Virus record (IMG/VR): IMGVR_UViG_3300009183_000081
DNA: 64,000 nucleotides
Reading direction: 5' to 3' (one strand)
Origin: an uncultured virus (IMG/VR IMGVR_UViG_3300009183_000081)
Lineage: Duplodnaviria; Heunggongvirae; Uroviricota; Caudoviricetes
Under the pieces are notes generated by a model. It made no database searches. It was not told the origin of the DNA and worked only from the letters and a program-made list of their open reading frames with translations. Below, piece by piece: positions 21,207 to 31,600 of the stretch (position 1 is its first letter; each line of letters starts with the position of its first letter). Both the position numbers and the translations under genes were made by a program.

Positions 21207-24200
21207 TTAACGGTGGGTCATCCGGTGTTTTCGGTCGTTTAATTGTTTCTCAATATTTCTAAAGTAGTCATCTGCTGATAACACATTACATATTGAAGTT
21301 GTATATGCCGTTTCAGATACGTTATTTCGAGTATCTGTTGATTTTGCAGTTAGTCGATACTGGCCAGGTTCAGGAAATCTCCAAATAAAATAAGATGGAG
21401 ATTTAACGGTAATGATCTCAGTATCAGTCTGATCATATAGAGTCCATTCGGTCTTAGTATTGGAAACAAGGTTTGAGATGTTTACAATGACCGGATGGAA
21501 TACTGGAACAGTTAGAGTATCGCTAGTAGATTTTATATTAACTAAGTTAAATGAGTTTTCGTCGTAGTAAGACGGTAGAAAGCCAGTCTGTTCCCCAGTA
21601 GCATCGTCGAATTTAACATAACCTGCATCAATCCAGAATTGAATATTTGAAGCTGGCGCGGGTTTTCCCTGATCAATGTCTTTAACGATATTATCAAATT
21701 CACAAGCTAGGAAGAGTAGATCTTCATCAACCTGGCGATTGACCTGAGAAAGGGTTTGTTGGATACTAGTAAAAGTATCGTCATCAAAAATATTTCTAGG
21801 GTTATTAAATGTGTAAACTGGAAGGACTTGCCTAACTGTAAAGCTAGATAAATCTATACCGACTGTGGTTGACGCAATCATTTTAAAACTGTTAACTGTA
21901 ACTTCGGTAACTAGTCCTTCTGCGTAATTAGCCGAACCATTAAACAGCTGAACTTGATCTCCGATTGATAAAATTAAATGAATATTTGGATCAGGACCGC
22001 CTGAGTATACAATTTCGTAAGTTTCGCCTAAGTTAATTACTGAGTTTGAAGCACCTGAGTTACTATCATCAATTTGATATGCTGATCCAATTGAGTCTAT
22101 TCCAGTAACTAATTTTACTAATCTGATAATTGCATTATTTGTTTTTTGGAAAAACTTTGAGGTTGCTTTAATTGTTGAACCGACTATTTGATATCTAAAA
22201 TTATCCCAACCTGGATAAGAGGTAGTTGATAAGAAAGTTACAAGATCTGTGATTCTAATGCTTGAGCCTAATTCTGCGACAAGATCGATTTCATGGAATC
22301 CACTGTATTGTATGCTTAGCACATTTAGGAATGGATCATTTGTTAAATCTGTTAAATCGGTTAGAGTGTAACCATTTAAGGTATCGCCAATGTAGCCAAA
22401 ATCACTAAAGTCTAGATGATATAAGTCTTTAAATTTAGCAGTATCATAATCTTGAATTGTTGCCTGGCCATTTTTTGTACCTGTACCCCAATGTAGTTTG
22501 TCTGGGTGATTTGAATTAGCAAATGCCTCAAAGCCGTTTGCGACTGGGTTAAAGATTTGAATTTGGTCTTGATGACCTCCAATACTGTAATAATTTGAAT
22601 ATGTGTACCAGTCTAGATAGTGACTGTTAATATCTGTAATTGCTCCATTTGGTCCATTTGGATTTATGACATTCGCAAATGGATCATATAGTGGACTGTT
22701 TGAAAGATCTCCAATTGTAACATTATGCAGGTTTCGGAAATTGTAACGGAATTTATCTTGCATCTTCATGAACGCTTGCAGAACTGGTGTATCCTTTTGA
22801 ACTGTGATTCTTTGATAATCAACTGAAGTTCCGCCTTGCATGTCAAATGCCTTTATCTGAATTAAGTATTCTCCAGTGTGAGGTAGCATGTGAGGAATTT
22901 GTGCAAGCTCCGTGATTTTACCTCGGCGTTGGAAGAAATAACTTTGTGGACCTGTGATAGTCCATTCTAATTCATAACTATTTCTGTACTTAATATTTGA
23001 GATTGTAAAATGTGAATCTATAATATGCAGTGTCCATGAAGTATTTGAAGTTAGGTAACCATTATAGTTTGTGATAGATATCGCTAAGGTATTGATTGGA
23101 TATCCGATTGGATTTATCTCAGTTACGGTACCTTCCATCCATTGAGAATGGTCAGTTGTAACGTAAATTTTTAACTCCATGCCAACTGTAAAAGGTTGGA
23201 CTGTTACGCACGTAAAATACTTGGTTCCAGTACCGATACTATTATTTGAAGAAGATGTTGTTGGAGAAATTGTAATAAAATCTCTAAATGTAATGCTGTC
23301 TAGTTCTTGTAAAGTTAAGTCTGGAATATTTGCCTCTAATACGACTGGGCAGCCAATACTATCTAGCACATCATCACCTGAGTTTAACGGAGAAGACTCT
23401 CCGATATGTTTAAATTCATAATCTTTTAGTGCAGCATAATAGTCGCTGACCGCATTGATTAGGTATTGTGTTTGATTGAGCGGATACGCTTGCGAATCTT
23501 GATATGGGTTAACTTGGCCGTAATTAAAGGTTAGCGCTGGAAATGCGGTGATTCCATTTAATTTTGGATATAGGGTTTTTAGGTCCCTAATCTTTAACTC
23601 GGTTGAGGTTACGTCTGGGTAGATCAACTTTATTTTGTAGGTATCATTGATTTGTAAAGCCTCAATTTGAGTTAGGTCTAACCAGTTTCTAAGGTTAAAT
23701 TTCTCAAAATAGATGAATTCTCCAATAATGTCTTTGATGATTACATTAATGGGGATAATTTCATTCTTTAGTTTTCTGGCAAGCCCATGTAATTTAAAGA
23801 AGATCTCGTCTACTGTAAAATCAGTAGTTGAGACTACTTCAGGTAATCCATCATCGTCGTAAGTATCGCCAGCTATTGTGAACTCGTATGCAAGTGCAAG
23901 AAATTCAGTTTTTCTAAATTTGCCGCCTTTTTTAATTTGGCCGTTTTCGTCAACTAAGTTTATCTTGCTAGAGTCTCCGATCTGCATTAGGTCAGTGACA
24001 TCAACCATTGCAAACTTTTTAAAATAAGTTGAATTTGGGTCAGCATCTCGCCAGTATTCTTTCACTCGAAGAATATCACGATAGCCCATTAAGTCAATTA
24101 GGTTAAGTAGACCTTTATAAGTACCGACGTACGGATAAACTTGATCAACGTTAACAAGTAATTGTTTTCTGGCTTGATTAATTTGGGCCCAATCCGGTAA

Positions 24201-24791
24201 ACCTTCTTTTAGATCGTAGTCTTTAAGTAATAGAGCATCTTCTCTATTAAACTTAACTCCAAAATTACTTAGCCAAACTCTAAAGCGTTCGTCTTCATCT
24301 TCGCCTTCTCCGTAAAAATTCATCTCTAAGACTAGAGTTGACTCAGTTAAGGTTGTGTAATGGATTTGAAGAGTGCGAGCATAGCTCTTTTCTTCAATTG
24401 GAGAAAATCCAATATTTAGTTGAAGCGGATATGTTAAGTCTAGTTGAGTTTGTGATTGACTAAAATCGCTGTGATTAATGGTTAGAGACTCTTCTCGATT
24501 TAAAAAAACGTTTGAGTCAGCGTGTAGACCTTCTCGAGTTACTGTGAAAATGAAAAAATTATCCTTGGCCTCAGCTGTTTTCCAGGTAACCTCAAATTTA
24601 GAGCCTGCATCCATCTTTGGAAATGAATAGACGCCGTTTGTATTTTCTAAGATAAAGAGGTTTGAGCAGTCATATAGGGCAACTGATATTGGTAAAAAAT
24701 AGTCTGCCCCCTCCCAAAATCCATCAGTTGATTGACTTAGGTTATAGGATTCTCCGTTCTTATCGAAAAATACGAGGTTATTAATATTCAT
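21207..24791 (-). CDS. Baseplate wedge-like protein with PKD/Ig-like domains
   Basis: YVGTYKGLLNLIDLMGY resembles the wedge/tail-protein-I motif; PKD-like segments HTGEYLIQIKAFD and EPGQYRLTAKSTD. Confidence 0.55.
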   Translation of the reverse strand: MNINNLVFFDKNGESYNLSQSTDGFWEGADYFLPISVALYDCSNLFILENTNGVYSFPKMDAGSKFEVTWKTAEAKDNFFIFTVTREGLHADSNVFLNREESLTINHSDFSQSQTQLDLTYPLQLNIGFSPIEEKSYARTLQIHYTTLTESTLVLEMNFYGEGEDEDERFRVWLSNFGVKFNREDALLLKDYDLKEGLPDWAQINQARKQLLVNVDQVYPYVGTYKGLLNLIDLMGYRDILRVKEYWRDADPNSTYFKKFAMVDVTDLMQIGDSSKINLVDENGQIKKGGKFRKTEFLALAYEFTIAGDTYDDDGLPEVVSTTDFTVDEIFFKLHGLARKLKNEIIPINVIIKDIIGEFIYFEKFNLRNWLDLTQIEALQINDTYKIKLIYPDVTSTELKIRDLKTLYPKLNGITAFPALTFNYGQVNPYQDSQAYPLNQTQYLINAVSDYYAALKDYEFKHIGESSPLNSGDDVLDSIGCPVVLEANIPDLTLQELDSITFRDFITISPTTSSSNNSIGTGTKYFTCVTVQPFTVGMELKIYVTTDHSQWMEGTVTEINPIGYPINTLAISITNYNGYLTSNTSWTLHIIDSHFTISNIKYRNSYELEWTITGPQSYFFQRRGKITELAQIPHMLPHTGEYLIQIKAFDMQGGTSVDYQRITVQKDTPVLQAFMKMQDKFRYNFRNLHNVTIGDLSNSPLYDPFANVINPNGPNGAITDINSHYLDWYTYSNYYSIGGHQDQIQIFNPVANGFEAFANSNHPDKLHWGTGTKNGQATIQDYDTAKFKDLYHLDFSDFGYIGDTLNGYTLTDLTDLTNDPFLNVLSIQYSGFHEIDLVAELGSSIRITDLVTFLSTTSYPGWDNFRYQIVGSTIKATSKFFQKTNNAIIRLVKLVTGIDSIGSAYQIDDSNSGASNSVINLGETYEIVYSGGPDPNIHLILSIGDQVQLFNGSANYAEGLVTEVTVNSFKMIASTTVGIDLSSFTVRQVLPVYTFNNPRNIFDDDTFTSIQQTLSQVNRQVDEDLLFLACEFDNIVKDIDQGKPAPASNIQFWIDAGYVKFDDATGEQTGFLPSYYDENSFNLVNIKSTSDTLTVPVFHPVIVNISNLVSNTKTEWTLYDQTDTEIITVKSPSYFIWRFPEPGQYRLTAKSTDTRNNVSETAYTTSICNVLSADDYFRNIEKQLNDRKHRMTHR

Positions 24792-24836
24792 GCAAGCTAG
24801 CCACCTTTCAATTATTTATTAAGGGTAGGACTGGAG

Positions 24837-25280
24837 TTAAATAGTGTAGATCTCGCTCTCACCTGTAAAGCTCAACGAAACAAATTCAACTTTTTCACCC
24901 TTACCGATATGTTTGTAAATTTTCTTGTATTCTTTAGCGTATCCATTCTTTGCAATTTGTGTGAAATATGCAAAAGCGTTGTTGGATTTCTCTTCGTTAA
25001 AATTTCTCCAATATCTCAGTAGATCAAGTAGCGCCGACTGAATACAATCTTCTTTGTCTAGCGGATTTGAGAAAGTTAGTTTTAGGATAGCTCGATTTGC
25101 TAGTAGTATAAAGTACTCTACTGCTCTCGGTGAAAGCTCACCAGCTGTGTGTTGGTAGCCAGTTTCTTCGTTTAAGTGCCCGTGTTTACATCGAATGATC
25201 TCATTTGTGAAATCTCGATTATTTATGTAGTACTTGCTCTGTTTTGCTTTACTTAGTGGTTTAACTACTTCAGTTGACAT
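24837..25280 (-). CDS. gp55: Late-transcription sigma factor (T4 gp55-like)
   Basis: YYINNRDF, DKEDCIQSA, NFNEEKSNNAFAYFTQIAKN match the gp55 signature; cognate ATAAATAA motifs are present. Confidence 0.85.
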   Translation of the reverse strand: MSTEVVKPLSKAKQSKYYINNRDFTNEIIRCKHGHLNEETGYQHTAGELSPRAVEYFILLANRAILKLTFSNPLDKEDCIQSALLDLLRYWRNFNEEKSNNAFAYFTQIAKNGYAKEYKKIYKHIGKGEKVEFVSLSFTGESEIYTI

Positions 25281-25281
25281 G

Positions 25282-25950
25282 TTAATTTGGTTCTTTTAGG
25301 GACTCGTGTATTTTTAAAACAGCTAAGTAGGAGTCAATCATGTCCATAAATGGTGATTTGACCTCTTGTTTTTTAAGTATTAGATCTTCATACTTATTTA
25401 TTGCATTGTGTAGATCGCTGTTGATTGCGAGTCTTGGGTTTTCTTTAAAAGTTTGGTATACGTCATACTTACCGGCATTACCTTTAGCGCCAATTGCATT
25501 CTTTAGCTCTCCTGGTGAAAAAATGAATAGCTTTTCGCTATGGCCATTTAGTAATCTGTCTAATAAGGCTTTTCTCATCATACCGGTTGACTGTGCAATA
25601 TCTAATAGGGCATTACCTTGGGCGCCGTACGCAATTCCTTCAATAGAAACTATGACACGGTCATCATTTTTCACATGCGCTAATATCTGAGTGACGAATG
25701 TATCGACTAGAGTTGAATAGTTAGAAAGCTTTGACCTTTCAATTGCTGAATAGGTATCTTGGCCTTTCTCTCTAGCTGGTAAATGAACAAATTTTAGATT
25801 TTTGAACTCAAGTTCAGTATCATCTAGGAACTTTTTATGGATTTTAGTGGTATTAGTATTAACACAGGCCACCCAGTTGAAACTTTTAAAGTCTCTACTG
25901 ATGCATGCTGCAGGATACTGTATCGAAAAATCTATTCCAATGATGATCAA
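25282..25950 (-). CDS. RuvC-like Holliday junction resolvase (TTG start)
   Basis: IIGIDFS, VSIEGIAYG, SPGELKNAIGAKGNAGK and DMIDSY. Confidence 0.75.
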   Translation of the reverse strand: MIIIGIDFSIQYPAACISRDFKSFNWVACVNTNTTKIHKKFLDDTELEFKNLKFVHLPAREKGQDTYSAIERSKLSNYSTLVDTFVTQILAHVKNDDRVIVSIEGIAYGAQGNALLDIAQSTGMMRKALLDRLLNGHSEKLFIFSPGELKNAIGAKGNAGKYDVYQTFKENPRLAINSDLHNAINKYEDLILKKQEVKSPFMDMIDSYLAVLKIHESLKEPN

Positions 25951-26189
25951 GGTTCATAAATGTCATTTTGTCTATTCTACTCATAAAAAAAATTTAGTTT
26001 TTATTCAAAACCTTTTGAATGCATACTGTAAAAAAAGGGTGTTGGGAGGGTATAGTCTCTTAGGTTCTTAGTTACTTAGTCTACTTATTTTATTAATAAT
26101 AAAGATTAGAGATTCTAAGTATCTAGGCTCTTAGCAGCCAAATCTCAACACTCTTTAGTACATTGTGATTAACTTCTAAATATAAATTC

Positions 26190-26933
26190 ATGTTCGATCA
26201 ACACCAAACTGAGAAATTCCTATTTTTTGACATTGAAACTGCGGGCATTGAGGCCGATTTTTCAAACCTGTCGCCCAGACTACAAGAGCAATGGCAGCAT
26301 CGCGCTGAGTTCTTAAGAAATCAACTTGCACAAAAGTATCCGGACAATGCAGGTAAAGAAACTGCTGAGCTTTTTGCTGAAAAGGCAGCATTGCAGGCTG
26401 AATTCGGTAGAATTGTTTGTATTTCATTTGGAAAAATTAAGTTTAATGAAGATCTTGAGCCAGTTGCTCAATTAGTTTCATATACTGGAACAGAAGAAGA
26501 GATCTTAACCAATTCTTTTAAATTAATAAGCGGCTTAACTAAACAAGGTGTCAAGCTAGTCGGTCACAATATTAAAAGATTCGATATTCCGTTCTTATGT
26601 AAAAGAGCTTTCATCAATCATATAGAAGTCCCAACAGCCCTTCAAGTCTGGGATCGTAAACCTTGGGAAATTCCAGTAGTCGATACTTCAGAACTTTGGA
26701 GTTTTGGCGCATGGCAAGAAGGATTCACCTCACTTGATCTGCTTTCTGCCGTTTTAGGATTGCCTTCACCAAAAGATGAGATGAAAGGCTCAGAGGTTCA
26801 TAGCGAATTTTATTCTGGCAACATCTTAGAGATTCAAAAATACTGTCAAAAAGACGTAGTTTCCTTAATAAAGATAATTCTTTCTCTTTCAAACCTAAAC
26901 CAATTGGAAGATTCGAATATAATAATCAAGTAA
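26190..26933 (+). CDS. Stand-alone PolB-type 3'-5' exonuclease (DNA_pol_B_exo2-like)
   Basis: ExoI FDIET, ExoII GHNIKRFDIPFL, ExoIII YCQKDV; AEFGRIVCIS. Confidence 0.85.
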   Translation: MFDQHQTEKFLFFDIETAGIEADFSNLSPRLQEQWQHRAEFLRNQLAQKYPDNAGKETAELFAEKAALQAEFGRIVCISFGKIKFNEDLEPVAQLVSYTGTEEEILTNSFKLISGLTKQGVKLVGHNIKRFDIPFLCKRAFINHIEVPTALQVWDRKPWEIPVVDTSELWSFGAWQEGFTSLDLLSAVLGLPSPKDEMKGSEVHSEFYSGNILEIQKYCQKDVVSLIKIILSLSNLNQLEDSNIIIK

Positions 26934-26947
26934 AATAACACAATTAG

Positions 26948-28528
26948 ATGAAAGAAATCATTTTTAAGACTGACGCTAGGACTCAGTTAGGTAATGGAAT
27001 TAATGCTCTAGCTGAAGCCGTTAAAGTGACGTTAGGCCCTCGCGGTCGTAATGTTGTTATCTCTAGGGATAATAGTGTTGCTATAACTAAAGACGGTGTA
27101 ACAGTTGCTAGAGAAGTACATTTAGAAAATCATTTGGAAAACGTTGGAGCCCAAATGGTAAAACAAGTTGCAAATAAAGTAGCACTTGAAGCCGGAGATG
27201 GAACAACCACCGCAACAGTATTAGCGCATGCTATCTTTACTGAAGGTAATCGTCTTGTTGTTGCAGGAACCCATCCAATGGAATTAAAAAAGGGTATTGA
27301 GCTTGCATCCAAGCAAATCATTGAAAATCTTCGTTCACAAGCAATTAAGGTCGAAGATTTTGAACAGATTAAACAGGTTGCAACAATCTCTGCAAATAAC
27401 GATGAGGAAATTGGCCAAATTATCGCGGACGCAATGGAAGCGGTAGGATTCGATGGAATTATCACAACCGGTGAAAGTAAAACTGGCGAAACCTACGTTG
27501 AAATTGTTGAAGGAATGCAATTCGCTAACGGCTACTTATCTCCGTATTTTATTAATACAGATAAGTCAACGGTTGAGTTTGAAAAACCTTTAATTCTATT
27601 GTACGATGGTCGTATTTCAAACTTACAAGACTGCTTACAATACTTAGAGCACTCAAACAAGTCAATGAGACCTCTACTTATTATTGCTGAAAGTGTTGAT
27701 GGCGAGGCCTTAAATACTCTTCTAGTCAATAAGATTAAGGGAACCCTCAGAGTTGCTGCAATTAAATCTCCAGGATTTGGCGAGCAACGCAAATTAAAAT
27801 TAGATGATATTGCGATCTTAACTGGTGCAAAAACCATCTCAGAAATTGAGGGCCAAACCTTAAAAGAGTCAATTGCTGCAAATTTCGTAGGTAGCTGTGA
27901 TCGAGTTGTAATCTCAAATGATTCAACCATGATTATTGGTGGACACGGAAGCAGTTCTGCAATTGAGACACACGTTGCGGACCTAAAATCTCAAATTGAT
28001 AATTTAGATGACGAATCCAAAAAGTTAATTCTTAAAGAACGCCTTTCTAAATTCCAAGGCGGAGTTGCTATCATTAAAATTGGTGCAACTTCCGAGATTG
28101 AAGCTAGAGAAAAATTTGATCGTATTGATGATGCCCTTGGTGCAACTAGATCAGCTGTTTCTGAAGGAATTATCCCAGGAGGCGGTATTACACTAGCCCT
28201 AACGGCTGACTCATTAACTCTATCATTACCGAATCGTGATCAACAATTGGGTGTTGAGCTTTTAAAGAAAGCATGCTCCCAACCATTCCGCGTAATCTTA
28301 GAAAACGCAGGCCTTAGTCCAGACGTTATCTGGAATGAAATTAAATCAAAGGGTCTAGGCTTTAACGTTAAAACTGAAGAATATGTTGACATGATTAAGG
28401 CTGGAATTATTGATCCAGTTAAAGTTACAAAAACTGCCCTAGAGAACGCTGTATCAATTTCAGCTCTTCTATTGACAACTGACTGCCTAATGGTACAAAA
28501 ACCCCAAGTGAACTCACAAGTTCAATAG
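26948..28528 (+). CDS. groEL: Chaperonin GroEL (phage-type, no GGM tail)
   Basis: [31 protein letters not shown] and GIIDPVKV. Confidence 0.97.
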   Translation: MKEIIFKTDARTQLGNGINALAEAVKVTLGPRGRNVVISRDNSVAITKDGVTVAREVHLENHLENVGAQMVKQVANKVALEAGDGTTTATVLAHAIFTEGNRLVVAGTHPMELKKGIELASKQIIENLRSQAIKVEDFEQIKQVATISANNDEEIGQIIADAMEAVGFDGIITTGESKTGETYVEIVEGMQFANGYLSPYFINTDKSTVEFEKPLILLYDGRISNLQDCLQYLEHSNKSMRPLLIIAESVDGEALNTLLVNKIKGTLRVAAIKSPGFGEQRKLKLDDIAILTGAKTISEIEGQTLKESIAANFVGSCDRVVISNDSTMIIGGHGSSSAIETHVADLKSQIDNLDDESKKLILKERLSKFQGGVAIIKIGATSEIEAREKFDRIDDALGATRSAVSEGIIPGGGITLALTADSLTLSLPNRDQQLGVELLKKACSQPFRVILENAGLSPDVIWNEIKSKGLGFNVKTEEYVDMIKAGIIDPVKVTKTALENAVSISALLLTTDCLMVQKPQVNSQVQ

Positions 28529-28549
28529 TCAAATAGCCATCGACGAGTA

Positions 28550-28590
28550 AAACGCCTGGGACAGTAACTATCCTGGGCGTTTGCTTTTTT
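28550..28590 (+). terminator. Intrinsic terminator after groEL
   Basis: AAACGCCTGGGACAG-TAA-CTATCCTGGGCGTTT stem (G-U pairs, one mismatch) followed by a T run. Confidence 0.75.
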
Positions 28591-28628
28591 AGTGGCCTCA
28601 ATAGATAAAATAAAATCAAATCACGTTA

Positions 28629-31600
28629 ATGGCGACCAATACGCTATTTAAAGAATTACTAAAACAGGTTAAGTGCGAAGAGATCTCAAGCACAGGATTT
28701 AGTCAGGCTGACCTAGATGCGGTCAAGGCGTGTATTCAAAACGTAAAACCACCAGACACACCAGTTTCAATAAAATTACCAGCTCAGCCGTCACCAGATT
28801 GTGTTCCAGCTGCAAACGAACAGGTTAAAAAGATAATAGCTGATGAACAACGTAAGTTACCCATTGCAATTCGTAAATCAATCCTAAAAGCAAAAGTCCA
28901 AGAGTTAAGAGATAATTTAACACCAATCAAGGAATATTACAACGCTCGCTATGATTTTTACACAGCAACTGTCAAAAAAGTCGAGCCAAGTACCTCTCAA
29001 TATTTGTATTGGGAAGATGAGTATAACCGGCTAACTAACTTAACCAAGTCACTATACACCATATTATCCAACGATTCTGAACTGTATTTTAGTTGGGGCT
29101 ATACTGTTATTTACGTAATTAATAGAGCAAATGAAGATTTTGATAATTCAGAGGTTAGACAGTTTTTTAAAAAATTACCAGATGACCTAAATAGCTCAAG
29201 CTCAATTAGCTCAATTATCAACACAATTCCTTCCAACCCATATAATGATGAATACTTTGCAACAGTAGTCAACAATATATTAGGCACTCTACTTAAAGCT
29301 CCAAAATTTATTGAATGGCTTGTTGCCAGCAGAGCTAGAGCATACGCTTACGAAAGCCGTGAAATTGCAATTGGAAACGCCACAAATTCTCAAAATACTC
29401 AAATACAAAATATAGAGGCACTGCCTTCACAGGCATCAGCGCAAGCGTTAATTCAAAACACGTTTAGGAAAATATCCAGACAATTACTTGTAACCTTTCA
29501 ATCGAATACTGGTACGCAAAACGGATTAACCGTTCCATCTAAAACAGCCGGCTTAACTCTTACACTAATCGGTAAAAACGGAGTATCCGCAAAGTTACCA
29601 GTAATTCATGATGATGGTACAACTGAGCAAATTGATACAATTATTCCAATCAACGGAAGTGCTGATCTAATTAAACCAATTTTTTCAACCAAAACCTCTT
29701 TTTCAACTCAGCATATCAATCAATACGACCCAGAAAGCTCAACAAATCCACCTAGGTCAGATTCAGATTACACTATCCTAAGCGGTCTATTGTATAATGG
29801 CGGAGTTCAATATAATTCGTATATTGGCCTCTATAATAAAGTCTCAAATCCAATTTCAAAATTATTCACATTAGAAGAGAGAGGCTTAACCATTAATGAA
29901 TCACAAATTGATCCAAAATTAAAAGAGGCTAAGGACGCGCCAACTTCAATTAAACAGGACAATATAACTCTATATGTTGCCAATCAAACAAAATACGAAG
30001 ACTTTTACACAAACTTAGATAAATCCTATCCAGTTAAGATAAAAGAAGAATACTCAAACGTTTATCCAGCAGCAATCAAGTCAACTCTTGCTGACCTAAG
30101 AATTCTTGCTCAACGCGAAGCAGCTGACCAATTCAGAAAAGTCCCTAATTCATTTTTAAAATTAGCCAGACCAACAAGCTACACAGCCTCACCAGGATCC
30201 ACAGTATTTAATAGCGGAACATTTACGTATAGCTCAGTCGATTCAACTCTATCTCAGGTGCTAGCATATTACAAAAAAGCAAACGAAGAAATAGATCAAT
30301 TAATCAAAGACTGTGATGATCAAATTTCCCAACTGGAAAAGGATATTAAAGCAAACTTAATGGATCAAGATATAATCTCAAAAAAGATTCTAGGCATTCC
30401 ATGTTTTGCAAAAACTCCAACAATTCCGTCTGACCCAAATTGTGAAGCTGCTGCACTTGCTAAACTTGGAACAGATCCATTATACATTCATACGTTAGGC
30501 GGAACCGATAGCTCATTACCTGATTTTACAACCCAATGTTACTGGAAAAAATTTACAGATGCCTTAAATAAGGTCTCGTTATTGCCATTTCCAGACATAA
30601 GCGGCCCACCGCCAGCAAACACAGTATTTAGATATTGGCCAATCAACTGTATTATTCCAGCCGGCCCAGCTCTAGTTCTTTTACCAATTCCACCAAAGTG
30701 GTCCCCGTTATTTGTCTTACCGACACCTCTTGGAACCCTAGTGTGTTTATTAACAATGCCAATTGCTCCAGTTGGAATACCTCTACCTTCAGTCTCGCTA
30801 TTCTATTTTGCTCCAGATTCAAATAAGTATCTAGTTGCAAGTACAAATATTCCATTGCTATTCTCTGATCCAACGTTTACAACTCTTAAATTTGGATTTG
30901 AACTAGACAACTCACCAACCTCAATTAACCCGTTAGGTCTTCATCCAACTAATCCATATAAAGGCCAAATGGTTAAGGGCTCAATTCAAGTGCCAGTTGC
31001 AGTCTCCGCTGCAATTGCTAAAGCCAAGCGTCTTGCTGAAATTGCAGCACTTATTGCTCAAGGTAAAATTCCAAATCTGCCGTTAAGTATGATTGAGGAT
31101 CTGCTGAACTTATTAAATGAATCGCCTGATTCAGATTTTGCTAGACAGGTCAAGAAATTTAGAGGAACAGTTAACACCCAGCTTAATAAACTTGGTGAAA
31201 TGCAAACCAACGCAATCGAAGACCTAAAGAATAAATTAAAGGACGCTAGAGATGCCGCTCTCGATAAAACATTTGGTGAAAAGGATCCAGCGAAACGTCG
31301 CAAAAGCAGAAAGAACGCTAGGGACTTACAAATTCTGGAATTACAGGAAAAAATAGACGCAACGCTAAACTGCTTTGATCCATGGATTGATAATATAAAA
31401 TTTGGAACAATCTCATATCCAAAGGACGCAACGAAACATAATCCACAGTTGCCCAAAGCCGCTCAAACCGTTATTGAACTATTGGAGCTAGCATCACGTG
31501 GAGATCTTATGCTTAAATCAATGAGCCTTAATAAAAAATTAATTAAGATCATTAACAAAGTAAATATCAAGAAATTTATCAAAAAGACCGAATTTACAAT

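Noticed and set aside
25802..26071. 89-aa plus-strand ORF
   Set aside because: It overlaps the resolvase antisense and its promoter; no motif.
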